NCBI GenBank assembly: GCA_964581815.1
Contig: CAZORE010000010.1
Location: 34,385 to 98,384 of the forward strand
Direction of reading: 5' to 3'
Length of the DNA stretch: 64,000 nucleotides
Origin: an uncultured Streptosporangiaceae bacterium
GTDB taxonomy: Bacteria; Actinomycetota; Actinomycetes; Streptosporangiales; Streptosporangiaceae
In this document: piece after piece, positions 38,610 through 47,510 of the stretch
How the letters are laid out: each line of letters begins with the position of its first letter
Position numbering within the stretch: position 1 is the stretch's first letter
Position numbers and translations under genes: made by a program
Notes under the pieces: generated by a model
Told to the model about the DNA's origin: nothing
The model's input: only the letters and a program-made list of their open reading frames with translations
Database searches by the model: none

Positions 38610-39394
38610 CCGGACTCGCCACTATCCGGACCTCGCTTGAGCAGTGCTACGACGCGATCGAGTCGCTGGCTGGCCGGATGGACGCTACCCAGTGGGACGC
38701 GAGGTCCCTGTGCCCGGACTGGGACATGCGCGGCGTGATCGACCATCTCGGGATGATGGAACGGGTGATGACCGGCTGGCTGCCGGAGTCCGCCGCCGAC
38801 CCGGCGCCACTGGACCGGATCGGCCCGTACCGCGAGGAAGTGGCCGCGCTGGACGACGCGGAGTTCACGGCCCGGATCAGCGAGATCTTCGCCAGCCGTC
38901 GGGCCGACCTGGCCAGGCTGACCGACGCCGACCTGGCGAGGGAGTCCTGGACGCCGATCGGGCCGCGCAGCTACGGTGGCTTCCTGGAGATCCGGATCTT
39001 CGACTTCTGGGTGCACGAGCGTGACATCAGCACCCCTCTCGGCTGGCCGTCCGACGACACCGGGCCGCGGGCGGAGATCGCCCTCGCCCAGGTGCAGGCC
39101 TCGATCGGCTACATCGTCGGAAAGAAGATCGGCTTGCCGGACGGCGCCAGCATTGTGTTTCACCTCACCGGTCCGGTGGAGCGGGACCTGGCGGTCGTGG
39201 TTGACGGCCGGGCCAGGCCGGTGGACCACGTCGATCACCCTGACGTGGAACTGACCACCGACTCGGTCACCTTCATCCAGCTGGCCGCCGGCCGGATCGA
39301 CCCGCAGCGGCAAATCGACGCGGGCCTCGTGACCTGGACCGGGAATGCCCAGCTGGGCGAGCACGCCGCGCGCAACCTCAGATTTACCGTCTGA
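38606..39394 (+). CDS. Mycothiol-dependent maleylpyruvate-isomerase-family (MDMPI/DinB-like) protein with SCP2-like C-terminus
   Basis: WDARSLCPDWDMRGVIDHL, IFDFWVHERDI; GTGA overlap with the upstream gene. Confidence 0.85.
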   Translation: MTGLATIRTSLEQCYDAIESLAGRMDATQWDARSLCPDWDMRGVIDHLGMMERVMTGWLPESAADPAPLDRIGPYREEVAALDDAEFTARISEIFASRRADLARLTDADLARESWTPIGPRSYGGFLEIRIFDFWVHERDISTPLGWPSDDTGPRAEIALAQVQASIGYIVGKKIGLPDGASIVFHLTGPVERDLAVVVDGRARPVDHVDHPDVELTTDSVTFIQLAAGRIDPQRQIDAGLVTWTGNAQLGEHAARNLRFTV

Positions 39395-40823
39395 CCGCGG
39401 CCTCGTTCAGCGGGGTCTTGCCAGCCAGTTCATAGACGAGGTACCACGCGTTGACGGTGCCGACGCCATCGACCAGGCTGTAGCCGGCCCGGGCCGTGAA
39501 GCCCCGGATCGTGTAGGTCTTCGCCGGATTCCCCTGGACGAAGGTCACGGTGTTGTTGCCCGAGGTGACCGGCACTATGCCGGGGGCCTTCGCGGCCGAC
39601 AGCCGGTACAGCGTCGGGTTGATGACGCCGAGGGCGTGGCCGGCGACCTGGTCGGCGAGCGCCACGATGCCGGCGAACTCCGGCGTCGCCTCGCTCGTGC
39701 CGCAGGCCGGGTACCAGCCGGCTGGCGTGCCTTGCTGCGGGAAGCTCTGGTACGTGAACACCGGGCTGCTGCACGCGCCGTTCATCGAAACGTCGGGCAC
39801 CCCGCGCGCGCTGCCCACTACGGTCTCGACGCCGTCCTGGTAGGACGGGCGGGAGAAGAGCACCGAGAGGCCGCCCCCGGTGGCGGACGGGACCGTGCCG
39901 TCGCCGAGGTGCGCATCGTAGGTGTCGTTCCACGCCACCGAGGTGTACGTGCCGCCCTTGCCCGCCACTAGCTCGGTGCCGCCGACGCCGGTCACCAGCG
40001 GGTCGCTGTCCGGCCAGGACGCCACCCGGTGGGTGTAATAGGTGGACCCGTCGAGTTCCGCGTCCGCGGCGCCACTGTCACCGGAGGCGGCCAGGACCGT
40101 CGGGCCGTCCTTCTCTTTCGCCGCCTGCACGTACGCGCTGCGCAGGTGGTAGCGGTTGATTTGGCCGAGACCGGTGAACGTCTGCTCGGTGGCGCTGAAG
40201 CTCTGACTGATCACATCGCCGAGGTGGTGCCCGATCACGTAGTTCTCGGCCTCGATGATCTGCGGGAAGCCGGTCACGCCCTCGGTCTCCGACACGGGCG
40301 TCTCGACCAGCAGGATGCTGGCGCCGGGAGCGATGGCGTGCGCGTACTCCACGTCGAGCGTGGCCTCGCCACCCCAGCCGGTCATGTCGGAGTCGTCGGG
40401 GTTCCACTTCGGTATCTTCCCGGCCGGCGCGATGATCCTGAACGACGGCGGGGCGGGCAGCTTGAATTGCCGGTCGAAGACGGCGAGGTCCTTCATGATC
40501 GTCGGCGAGCCGAACGAATCGACGATCACGATCGTCTCGCCCTTGCCAGTGACACCGTGCTGAAACAGCGGGCCGAGGTTGTACGCCGTCTCTACCTGCT
40601 CTGGCGTCAGGCAATGGTAGTAGCCGGCCTCCACGCAGTTCGCCTGCGACGGCGTCGACATGCCGCCCATCGGGTGGACCACGCCGGACTTGACGGCGAT
40701 CGCCGACGGGCCGGCCGTGGCCGTCTTGGTCGCAGCGGATCCCGTCGGCGCCGCGGCAGCGATCACGCCAAGCGCGAGCGCAGTGGCACCCGCCGCCAGT
40801 CCAGTGACTTTCCTCTTGCGCAC
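39384..40823 (-). CDS. Secreted S53 (sedolisin-like) serine peptidase
   Basis: Signal peptide; EATLD (ExxxD), SGDSG, GTSEATP catalytic Ser; GGAGG RBS before GTG 40823. Confidence 0.88.
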   Translation of the reverse strand: MRKRKVTGLAAGATALALGVIAAAAPTGSAATKTATAGPSAIAVKSGVVHPMGGMSTPSQANCVEAGYYHCLTPEQVETAYNLGPLFQHGVTGKGETIVIVDSFGSPTIMKDLAVFDRQFKLPAPPSFRIIAPAGKIPKWNPDDSDMTGWGGEATLDVEYAHAIAPGASILLVETPVSETEGVTGFPQIIEAENYVIGHHLGDVISQSFSATEQTFTGLGQINRYHLRSAYVQAAKEKDGPTVLAASGDSGAADAELDGSTYYTHRVASWPDSDPLVTGVGGTELVAGKGGTYTSVAWNDTYDAHLGDGTVPSATGGGLSVLFSRPSYQDGVETVVGSARGVPDVSMNGACSSPVFTYQSFPQQGTPAGWYPACGTSEATPEFAGIVALADQVAGHALGVINPTLYRLSAAKAPGIVPVTSGNNTVTFVQGNPAKTYTIRGFTARAGYSLVDGVGTVNAWYLVYELAGKTPLNEAAVRR

Positions 40824-40936
40824 GCGTCCTCCAGGTCGGCTAACAAAATCCGCAGCTCGACGATAGACCAGCCACTCGTCGCAGCGGGTAGCAAATAACA
40901 AACGGCTCGTGGCCAGTAGGTCCCGGAACGCTGCGC

Positions 40937-42931
40937 TCAGTAGGCGTCGAAGAACGCCTTGACCTCCGGGCCGGCGACCTGGGCGCCGGAGCCGCCGTTG
41001 ACCACCAGGGCCGCGATCGCGACGTCCTTGTCCGGAGCGAAGGCGACCAGCCACGAGTTCGCCTTCTCCTGCCCCTGGACGTCGGCGGTGCCGGTCTTGG
41101 CGTAGACGTCGGGGCCGAAGCCGATGCTGTCGGCGGTGCCCTCGGTGACCACGTCCCGCATCATATCCTTCAGCTGCTGGTCCGTGCTCGCCGGCAGCGG
41201 CGAGGCGGACACCGTCGCGGTTCCGGGAACCAGAACGGGCTGACGGAACTGCCCGGAGTCGACGGTCGCGGCCACCGATGCCATCGCCAGCGGCGAGGCC
41301 GTGAGCTCCCCCTGGCCGAATGCCTCCTCCGCCAGCTCCGATCCCGAGGCGCCGGCGGGAGCGCTGAAGTAGCTGGCCGGCTCGCCAGGAAGGCCGATGT
41401 TCCACGGCTGGTCGAGCCCGTAGTATGTCTGCGCGGTCGACGCCAGCTGCCCGTTCAGCTGCGTCCACCACTGGGAGAACGCGTTGTTGCAGGACTGCGC
41501 GAAGTCGGTGGAGAACGGCGTGCCGGCCGGCTCGGACTCGCCGTTGTCGTTGTTGTACGTGACGCCCTGCACCGTGTACGTCGCCGGGCAGGTGACCGGG
41601 CTGTTCTCGGAAGCCAGCCCGTCGTTGATCAGCGCGGTGGCGGTGATGATCTTCATGGTGGAACCGGGTGGCACCACGGCGGTGAGGGCATAGTCGTTGA
41701 ACTGGGCGTTGTTGGCGATCGCGAGGATGTCGCCGGTGGAGGGCTGGAGCACCGCGATCGCGCTGTCGTCCGCGGCGCTGACGGCGTTGAGCGCGGCCCG
41801 TTCGGCCTGCGGGCTGATCGTAGTGGCCAGCTGGCTGGCTTTCGGCAAGGTAACCGTGGCCTGGCTGCCGGGTACCGCCTGGCCGCCGGAGTCCTCGATC
41901 TGGACGGACAGCCCGGGCGTGCCTGCCTCGGTCGGGGCGTGCCCGGCCAGGAGGCTCGCGATGTGGGCGATGCCGGGGTCGCTGTAGGAGGACAGGGGGT
42001 TGCCCGCGCTGTCGGTGACGGAGGTGCTCTGCGAAGGCACCAGAACGGTGGCCAGGTGCTGGCCGTCGCTGAGGTTAGGCGCGACCACGCTGGGATCCCA
42101 CTCGACGAGCCAGCCCGTTCCGTCCGGCACCTGGTAAGCGGTCAGCGCTGACCGGTAGGACCAGGTGCCGGATTCGGCGCCGGGCGCCGCCGATCCCGCC
42201 ACGGTGGCGCTGAGACTGAACGTGACCGCCTCGGCGGTGGTCGCCGTGCTGACCCCGGTCGCCTGCGCATCGCCAGCCGACCCGGACGCGGTCGCCGGGG
42301 TGCTGCTGACCACGGTTCCGGTCAAGTTCCGCAGGTACAGGTCCTGCGCGTAGGCGGTGAGCGCCGCCTGCGCGGCGGCGGGGTCATCGGTCAAGCCCGC
42401 GGCCTGGCCGATGGCGCCACTCGACCACGCCTGCAGGAAGGCGGTCGTGACCTGCTCCGCGTCCCCGGAAGGAGACTGCGCGGTGGCCTGGAAGCCCGCG
42501 GTGTTGTGCGTGGGGGGCGCGGTGGAGTGGACGCCCGCGGTGTCCTGCGTGCGGGACACCGCGGGCTGCGCGCCCGCGGTGTCCTGGCTGCGGGGCCAGG
42601 CGGTCACGGCGAACGCGCCCGCCGCGATGGCAACAACGGCGACTGATGCCAAGACGATCGCGACGCCGCCCGCCCGCCGGCGTCCGGGCGGCTCAACGTA
42701 CGGCGCCATTCCCGGCAGGAAGTGGGTACCGCCCGGCTCGGGCTCGGTCCCCCGCGGTTCGTCATACGGGCCGCGCTGGCCCGCGTTCCCCGAGGCGCGC
42801 GGCTGCTCCAGCGGTGGCTCATCGTAGGATTCAGTGCCCTGGTCCCGGACCAGCCTCGTCGGCTTGCCACCGGAAAACCAGCGATCCTCGTGTCTTTCGT
42901 AGGGATCGGGATACCAGCCCTGGACCCACAT
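40937..42931 (-). CDS. Penicillin-binding transpeptidase with NTF2-like domain and N-terminal DUF2510-like motif
   Basis: GWYPDP..HEDRWFSG, one TM, PPGSTMK (SxxK), QSCN (SxN), AKTGT. Confidence 0.85.
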   Translation of the reverse strand: MWVQGWYPDPYERHEDRWFSGGKPTRLVRDQGTESYDEPPLEQPRASGNAGQRGPYDEPRGTEPEPGGTHFLPGMAPYVEPPGRRRAGGVAIVLASVAVVAIAAGAFAVTAWPRSQDTAGAQPAVSRTQDTAGVHSTAPPTHNTAGFQATAQSPSGDAEQVTTAFLQAWSSGAIGQAAGLTDDPAAAQAALTAYAQDLYLRNLTGTVVSSTPATASGSAGDAQATGVSTATTAEAVTFSLSATVAGSAAPGAESGTWSYRSALTAYQVPDGTGWLVEWDPSVVAPNLSDGQHLATVLVPSQSTSVTDSAGNPLSSYSDPGIAHIASLLAGHAPTEAGTPGLSVQIEDSGGQAVPGSQATVTLPKASQLATTISPQAERAALNAVSAADDSAIAVLQPSTGDILAIANNAQFNDYALTAVVPPGSTMKIITATALINDGLASENSPVTCPATYTVQGVTYNNDNGESEPAGTPFSTDFAQSCNNAFSQWWTQLNGQLASTAQTYYGLDQPWNIGLPGEPASYFSAPAGASGSELAEEAFGQGELTASPLAMASVAATVDSGQFRQPVLVPGTATVSASPLPASTDQQLKDMMRDVVTEGTADSIGFGPDVYAKTGTADVQGQEKANSWLVAFAPDKDVAIAALVVNGGSGAQVAGPEVKAFFDAY

Positions 42932-43259
42932 GCCCCGACAATATCCGCACCCCGTGAACCGGGGATAGATAACAGTGGTGAACATACGGCTCTCCTCGTA
43001 TTTGTGAGGAGGCTGAGAAAAGGATCTTTGCGCTGAAGCTGCCATTGACCGGGTTGATTGTGATCTTCGCATCCGTGAAATCAAGCCGGCGGCCGGTAAT
43101 TGGAAACATGCCTTCAACAATCGCGGCCTCTTCCAATTACTTGTTGATTTCTCCGTCTCACCAGTCTCGTTAGCAACAGGGACGTGCTTGCGTCCCAATC
43201 CCTTTCGCGTGCGTGTCCGTATAGAAGGTTGTCAGAAGTTATGGGTATTCGCAGGACGA

Positions 43260-46200
43260 ATGCGGGGGCTTATGCGTACGGGCGTTGGGGGCGACGTCAA
43301 CGGCAAGGAAGAACATCGGCCAGGGTCCCGTTGTCGGCTAGACGATCGCCTGCTGACCTGCGACGGCTACGACGACTCGATCAGATGGCGGCCGGTTGAG
43401 CGACTTGAAGACCTGTTCGAGGAGCGCTGCGACTGGCTGCGCCGCCAGGGGCAGGCCGGCCATCTCGCGGTGGACGACCCGGGCGGCTCGCTGACCTATC
43501 CAGAGCTGGACGCGCGGGCGAACCAGCTGGCGCGCTTCCTTATCCGCCAAGGCGTCCGGCCTGGTGACCGAATCGGCCTGCTGTCCGACGTGGCCGTAGA
43601 CGGCTACGTCGGCATGCTGGCGGTGCTCAAGGCACACGCCGCCTTCGTTCCGCTGGACGCCAGCTTCCCCGCGGACCGGGTGGCCTACATCGCCGACGAC
43701 GCCCGGGTCCGGCTGATCCTGACCCGCGCGCACCTCGCAACCAGGCTCGGGCCGCTGGCCAGCCAGGTCCAGCTGGTGTGCGTCGACGAGGCCGAGGGCC
43801 TGATCGGCGCCGAACCCGGTGACCCGCTCACGCCGGATGAGGTGCGGGCGCCGCACGACGAGCTTGCCTACATCATCTACACGTCCGGCTCGACCGGCAG
43901 GCCCAAGGGCGTGGCGGTCGGTCACCCGAGCATCTGCAACTTCGTCCGGGTAGCCGCGGAAGCCTACGGGATCACCTCGGGCGACCGGGTGTACCAGGGG
44001 ATGACGATCGCGTTCGACTTCTCCGTCGAGGAGATCTGGGTCCCGTGGATGTGCTGCGCCACGCTCGTCCCCAAGCCGGCCGGCGGCAACCTGCTCGGCC
44101 TTGACCTCGGCGCGTTCCTCAGGGAGCGCCGGGTGACCGCGCTGTGCTGCGTGCCCACGCTGCTCGCCACGCTGGAAGAGGACCTGCCTGAGCTGCGCTT
44201 CCTGCTGGTGTCCGGTGAGTCGTGCCCGCACGACCTGATCGCCCGCTGGCACCGGCCCGGCCGCCGTTTCCTCAATGTCTACGGCCCGACCGAAGCCACC
44301 GTGACCGCGACCTGGACCGTCGTGCACCCAGACCGGCCGGTGACAATCGGGGTCCCGCTGCCGACCTATTCGGTCATGATCCTCGACCCAGAGAAAGACG
44401 TCGCGCTGGCCCCGGGGACCATGGGCGAGATCGGCATCGCGGGCATCGGGCTTGCTCACGGTTACGTCAACCGGCCCGACCTCACCGAGCGCGCGTTCCG
44501 GCCGGACTTCCTCGGCATCCCCGGCAATCCGTCGGGAAGGATCTACCGCACCGGCGACCTTGGCCTGATCAACGACCAGGGCGAGATCGAGCACCACGGC
44601 CGCATCGACACGCAGGTCAAGATCCGCGGGTACCGCATCGAGCTGACCGAGATCGAATCGGTCCTGCTGGGCGTCCCCGGTATCGCGCAGGCGGTGGTCG
44701 GCACCTGCCGGCCCCATCCCGATGTCGTGGAACTGGTCGCCTACTACAGCCCGCAGCAGAACTTGCCCCCGGTCGACCCTGGACAGGTTTACGAGACCCT
44801 GCGTGAGCTGTTGCCCGCGTACATGGTGCCGGCCTACCTGGAGAAGCTGCAGGCCATCCCGGTGATGCCAAGCGGCAAAGCGGACAGAAAACGCCTTCCC
44901 CCGCCAACCGGTCCGCGCCTGCAGGCCACCGGTGGCGTTCTCGTGGCTCCGGGCAGCGATACAGAACGCGCGCTCGCGGCTGTCCTTGCCAACGTGCTTG
45001 AAGTCGACGAGGTGTCCGTAGACAGCCACTTCTTCGACGAGCTCGGCGCCAACTCGATGCTGATGGCCCGGTACAACGCGGCGCTCCGCGAGCACACCGC
45101 CCTGCCTTCTGTGTCGATGAAGGACATCTACCTGCACCCGACCGTGTGCAAGCTGGCGGCATTGCTCGAGCCGGCGATGCCGTCGCCGCCGTCCGGCGCG
45201 GCCCAGCCTCCGGTGGCACAGCCACCGCCCGTCCTGTCGTCCACCCCGTACCAGCCGGCTCCGCCGCTGGCCGGCCAGCCGTCGGGAACCCCGCATTACT
45301 TCCTGTGCGGTGCGCTTCAGCTGCTGACGGCGGCCGCGGGCATCGCGGGCGGCGCGCTGCTGCTTAATGCCGGCTTCGCCTGGACCCTCGGGGCGCGCGG
45401 CCCCCTTGACGTCTATCTGCGGCTCGTGGCGTTCGGCAGCAGCACCTTGCTCGGCCTCGGCGTGCTCCCGATCGGGATCAAGTGGCTGCTCATCGGCCGG
45501 TGGAAGCCAGCGAGCATCCGGGCCTGGAGCCTCGGCTACTTCCGGTTCTGGCTGGTCAAGACCGTGGTCGTGGCCAATCCGATGGCCCACCTGTTCATCG
45601 GGACGCCGCTGTACACGCTGTACCTGCGCGCACTCGGCGCCAGGATCGGCCGCCGGGCCACCATCCTCACGCAGCACATCCCGGTCTGTACCGACCTGCT
45701 GTTCATCGGCGCGGACAGCCTCATCACCAAGGACACGTACATCAGCTGCTACCGCGCCAGGGCGGGGCTGATCGAGACTGGTTACGCTTCCGTCGGCGCG
45801 AGCGCGTTCATCGGCGAGCACTCGGTCCTGGACATCAAAACCGCGGTCGGCGAGCGGGCGCAGCTCGGGCACGCGTCCGCCCTGCTCACCGGCCAGATGG
45901 TCCCGCCGGGGGAGATCTGGCACGGATCCCCCGCCGAACGCGCCCCGGACGGCACCGTCTACCAGGTCGTGCCACCCGCCCGCTGCGGCGCGCTGCGCCG
46001 GGCCTGGTCCTGCGTCCCCCGGTTGCTGCTGCTGCTGGCCGTGGCCGGGCCCCTGGAGGCCGGGGTCGCGAGCCTGCTGGTAACGCACTCCCGCGCGCTG
46101 CTCTCCCTGCTCGGCAGCCCGAGGGTGACGAGCTGGCCGTACTACCGGGAGGCGCTGACGGGCGGCGCGGCCGTGGTCTTCGGCCTGACGCTGGCCGGCC

Positions 46201-47477
46201 TGCTCATCGTCGGCCCGGCCGGGCGGCTGCTCAGCCGCCTCCTGCGGCCGGGGCGCGTCTACCCCCTGTACGGTCTGCGGCACGGCGTGCTGCGCGCCGT
46301 CACCCGGATGAGCAACGTCAAGTTCTTCAATGCGCTGCTTGGCGACAGCTCGGCCATCGCGGGATACCTGAGCTACCTCGGCTACCGGCTCAGGCCCGTG
46401 CACCAGACGGGCTCGAACTTCGGCATGGAGGTCAAGCACGACGTGCCGACGCTCAACACCGTCGGCACCGGGACGCTGGTCTCCGACGGGCTGTCCATGA
46501 TCAACGCGGAGTTCTCCGCCAGCTCGTTCCGCGTCGCGCCCGTCGTCATCGGGAGGAACAACTTCCTTGGCAACGGCATCGCCTACCCGCCAGGCGGCCG
46601 GACCGGCGACAACTGCCTGCTCGGCACCAAGGTCATGATCCCGGTCTCCGGGCCGGTCCGGGAGGGAGTCGGCCTGCTCGGCTCGCCCTGCTTCGAGATC
46701 CCCCGCTCGGTCAGCCGCGACCGGCAGCTCGGCGGGCTCAGCGGGACCCCCGTCCAGCGGACGCTGCTGCGGGCCAAGAACCGGCACAACGCCGCCACGA
46801 TGATGCTGTTCCTGCTCGTGCGCTGGCTGTATCTCAGCGGGGTCCTCCTCATCGCGATGCTGCCGCTGGACGGCGGCTCCACCCTGGCAGGCACGCTTGG
46901 CAGCGCAGGCACGGTGGTGGCCGAACTGGTCTTCACCACTGGTTACTTCGTGCTTGTCGACCGGGCGGTCACCGGGTTCCGCGCGCTGCGGCCGAAGTCC
47001 TGTTCCATCTACCAGCCGGCTTTCTGGCGGCACGAGCGGTTCTGGAAGGTTCCGTCGATCGCCTACCTCCCGATGTTCAACGGCACTCCGTTCAAGGGCG
47101 TCATCTGGCGACTGCTTGGCGTGCGGATCGGCCGCCGGGTCTTCGACGACGGCTGCTCGATCATCGAGCGGAGCCTGGTCAGCGTGGGCAGCTACGCCAC
47201 GCTCGCCGCCGGGAGCATCATCCAGTGCCATTCCCTCGAGGACGGCGCCTTCAAGTCCGACTACACCGTCATCGGGACCGGATGCAGCATCGGGAGCGTC
47301 GCCTTCGTCCATTACGGGGTCACGATGCGCGAAGGCTCCGCGCTCGACGCGGACTCTTTCCTGATGAAGGGCGAGGACGTGCCGCCAGAAGCGTTCTGGG
47401 GCGGCAACCCCGCCCTCGAGCGCGGGCTGCGCGCCGTGCCGCAGCGTGCCCCCCAGGCCATCACCGCTGCCAAATAA
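43260..47477 (+). CDS. Pls-type membrane NRPS-like poly(amino acid) synthetase (A-T-TM/three terminal domains)
   Basis: A-domain YTSGSTGRPKG, FDFSVEE, YGPTE, YRTGD, KADRK; T-domain FFDELGANS; TM segments alternating with LGARIGR / LGVRIGRRV hexapeptide-like domains; no C or TE domain. Start uncertain (43188-43272). Confidence 0.9.
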   Translation: MRGLMRTGVGGDVNGKEEHRPGSRCRLDDRLLTCDGYDDSIRWRPVERLEDLFEERCDWLRRQGQAGHLAVDDPGGSLTYPELDARANQLARFLIRQGVRPGDRIGLLSDVAVDGYVGMLAVLKAHAAFVPLDASFPADRVAYIADDARVRLILTRAHLATRLGPLASQVQLVCVDEAEGLIGAEPGDPLTPDEVRAPHDELAYIIYTSGSTGRPKGVAVGHPSICNFVRVAAEAYGITSGDRVYQGMTIAFDFSVEEIWVPWMCCATLVPKPAGGNLLGLDLGAFLRERRVTALCCVPTLLATLEEDLPELRFLLVSGESCPHDLIARWHRPGRRFLNVYGPTEATVTATWTVVHPDRPVTIGVPLPTYSVMILDPEKDVALAPGTMGEIGIAGIGLAHGYVNRPDLTERAFRPDFLGIPGNPSGRIYRTGDLGLINDQGEIEHHGRIDTQVKIRGYRIELTEIESVLLGVPGIAQAVVGTCRPHPDVVELVAYYSPQQNLPPVDPGQVYETLRELLPAYMVPAYLEKLQAIPVMPSGKADRKRLPPPTGPRLQATGGVLVAPGSDTERALAAVLANVLEVDEVSVDSHFFDELGANSMLMARYNAALREHTALPSVSMKDIYLHPTVCKLAALLEPAMPSPPSGAAQPPVAQPPPVLSSTPYQPAPPLAGQPSGTPHYFLCGALQLLTAAAGIAGGALLLNAGFAWTLGARGPLDVYLRLVAFGSSTLLGLGVLPIGIKWLLIGRWKPASIRAWSLGYFRFWLVKTVVVANPMAHLFIGTPLYTLYLRALGARIGRRATILTQHIPVCTDLLFIGADSLITKDTYISCYRARAGLIETGYASVGASAFIGEHSVLDIKTAVGERAQLGHASALLTGQMVPPGEIWHGSPAERAPDGTVYQVVPPARCGALRRAWSCVPRLLLLLAVAGPLEAGVASLLVTHSRALLSLLGSPRVTSWPYYREALTGGAAVVFGLTLAGLLIVGPAGRLLSRLLRPGRVYPLYGLRHGVLRAVTRMSNVKFFNALLGDSSAIAGYLSYLGYRLRPVHQTGSNFGMEVKHDVPTLNTVGTGTLVSDGLSMINAEFSASSFRVAPVVIGRNNFLGNGIAYPPGGRTGDNCLLGTKVMIPVSGPVREGVGLLGSPCFEIPRSVSRDRQLGGLSGTPVQRTLLRAKNRHNAATMMLFLLVRWLYLSGVLLIAMLPLDGGSTLAGTLGSAGTVVAELVFTTGYFVLVDRAVTGFRALRPKSCSIYQPAFWRHERFWKVPSIAYLPMFNGTPFKGVIWRLLGVRIGRRVFDDGCSIIERSLVSVGSYATLAAGSIIQCHSLEDGAFKSDYTVIGTGCSIGSVAFVHYGVTMREGSALDADSFLMKGEDVPPEAFWGGNPALERGLRAVPQRAPQAITAAK

Positions 47478-47510
47478 GGCGCCGCCACCCACGAACAGGA
47501 GCATCACCCG

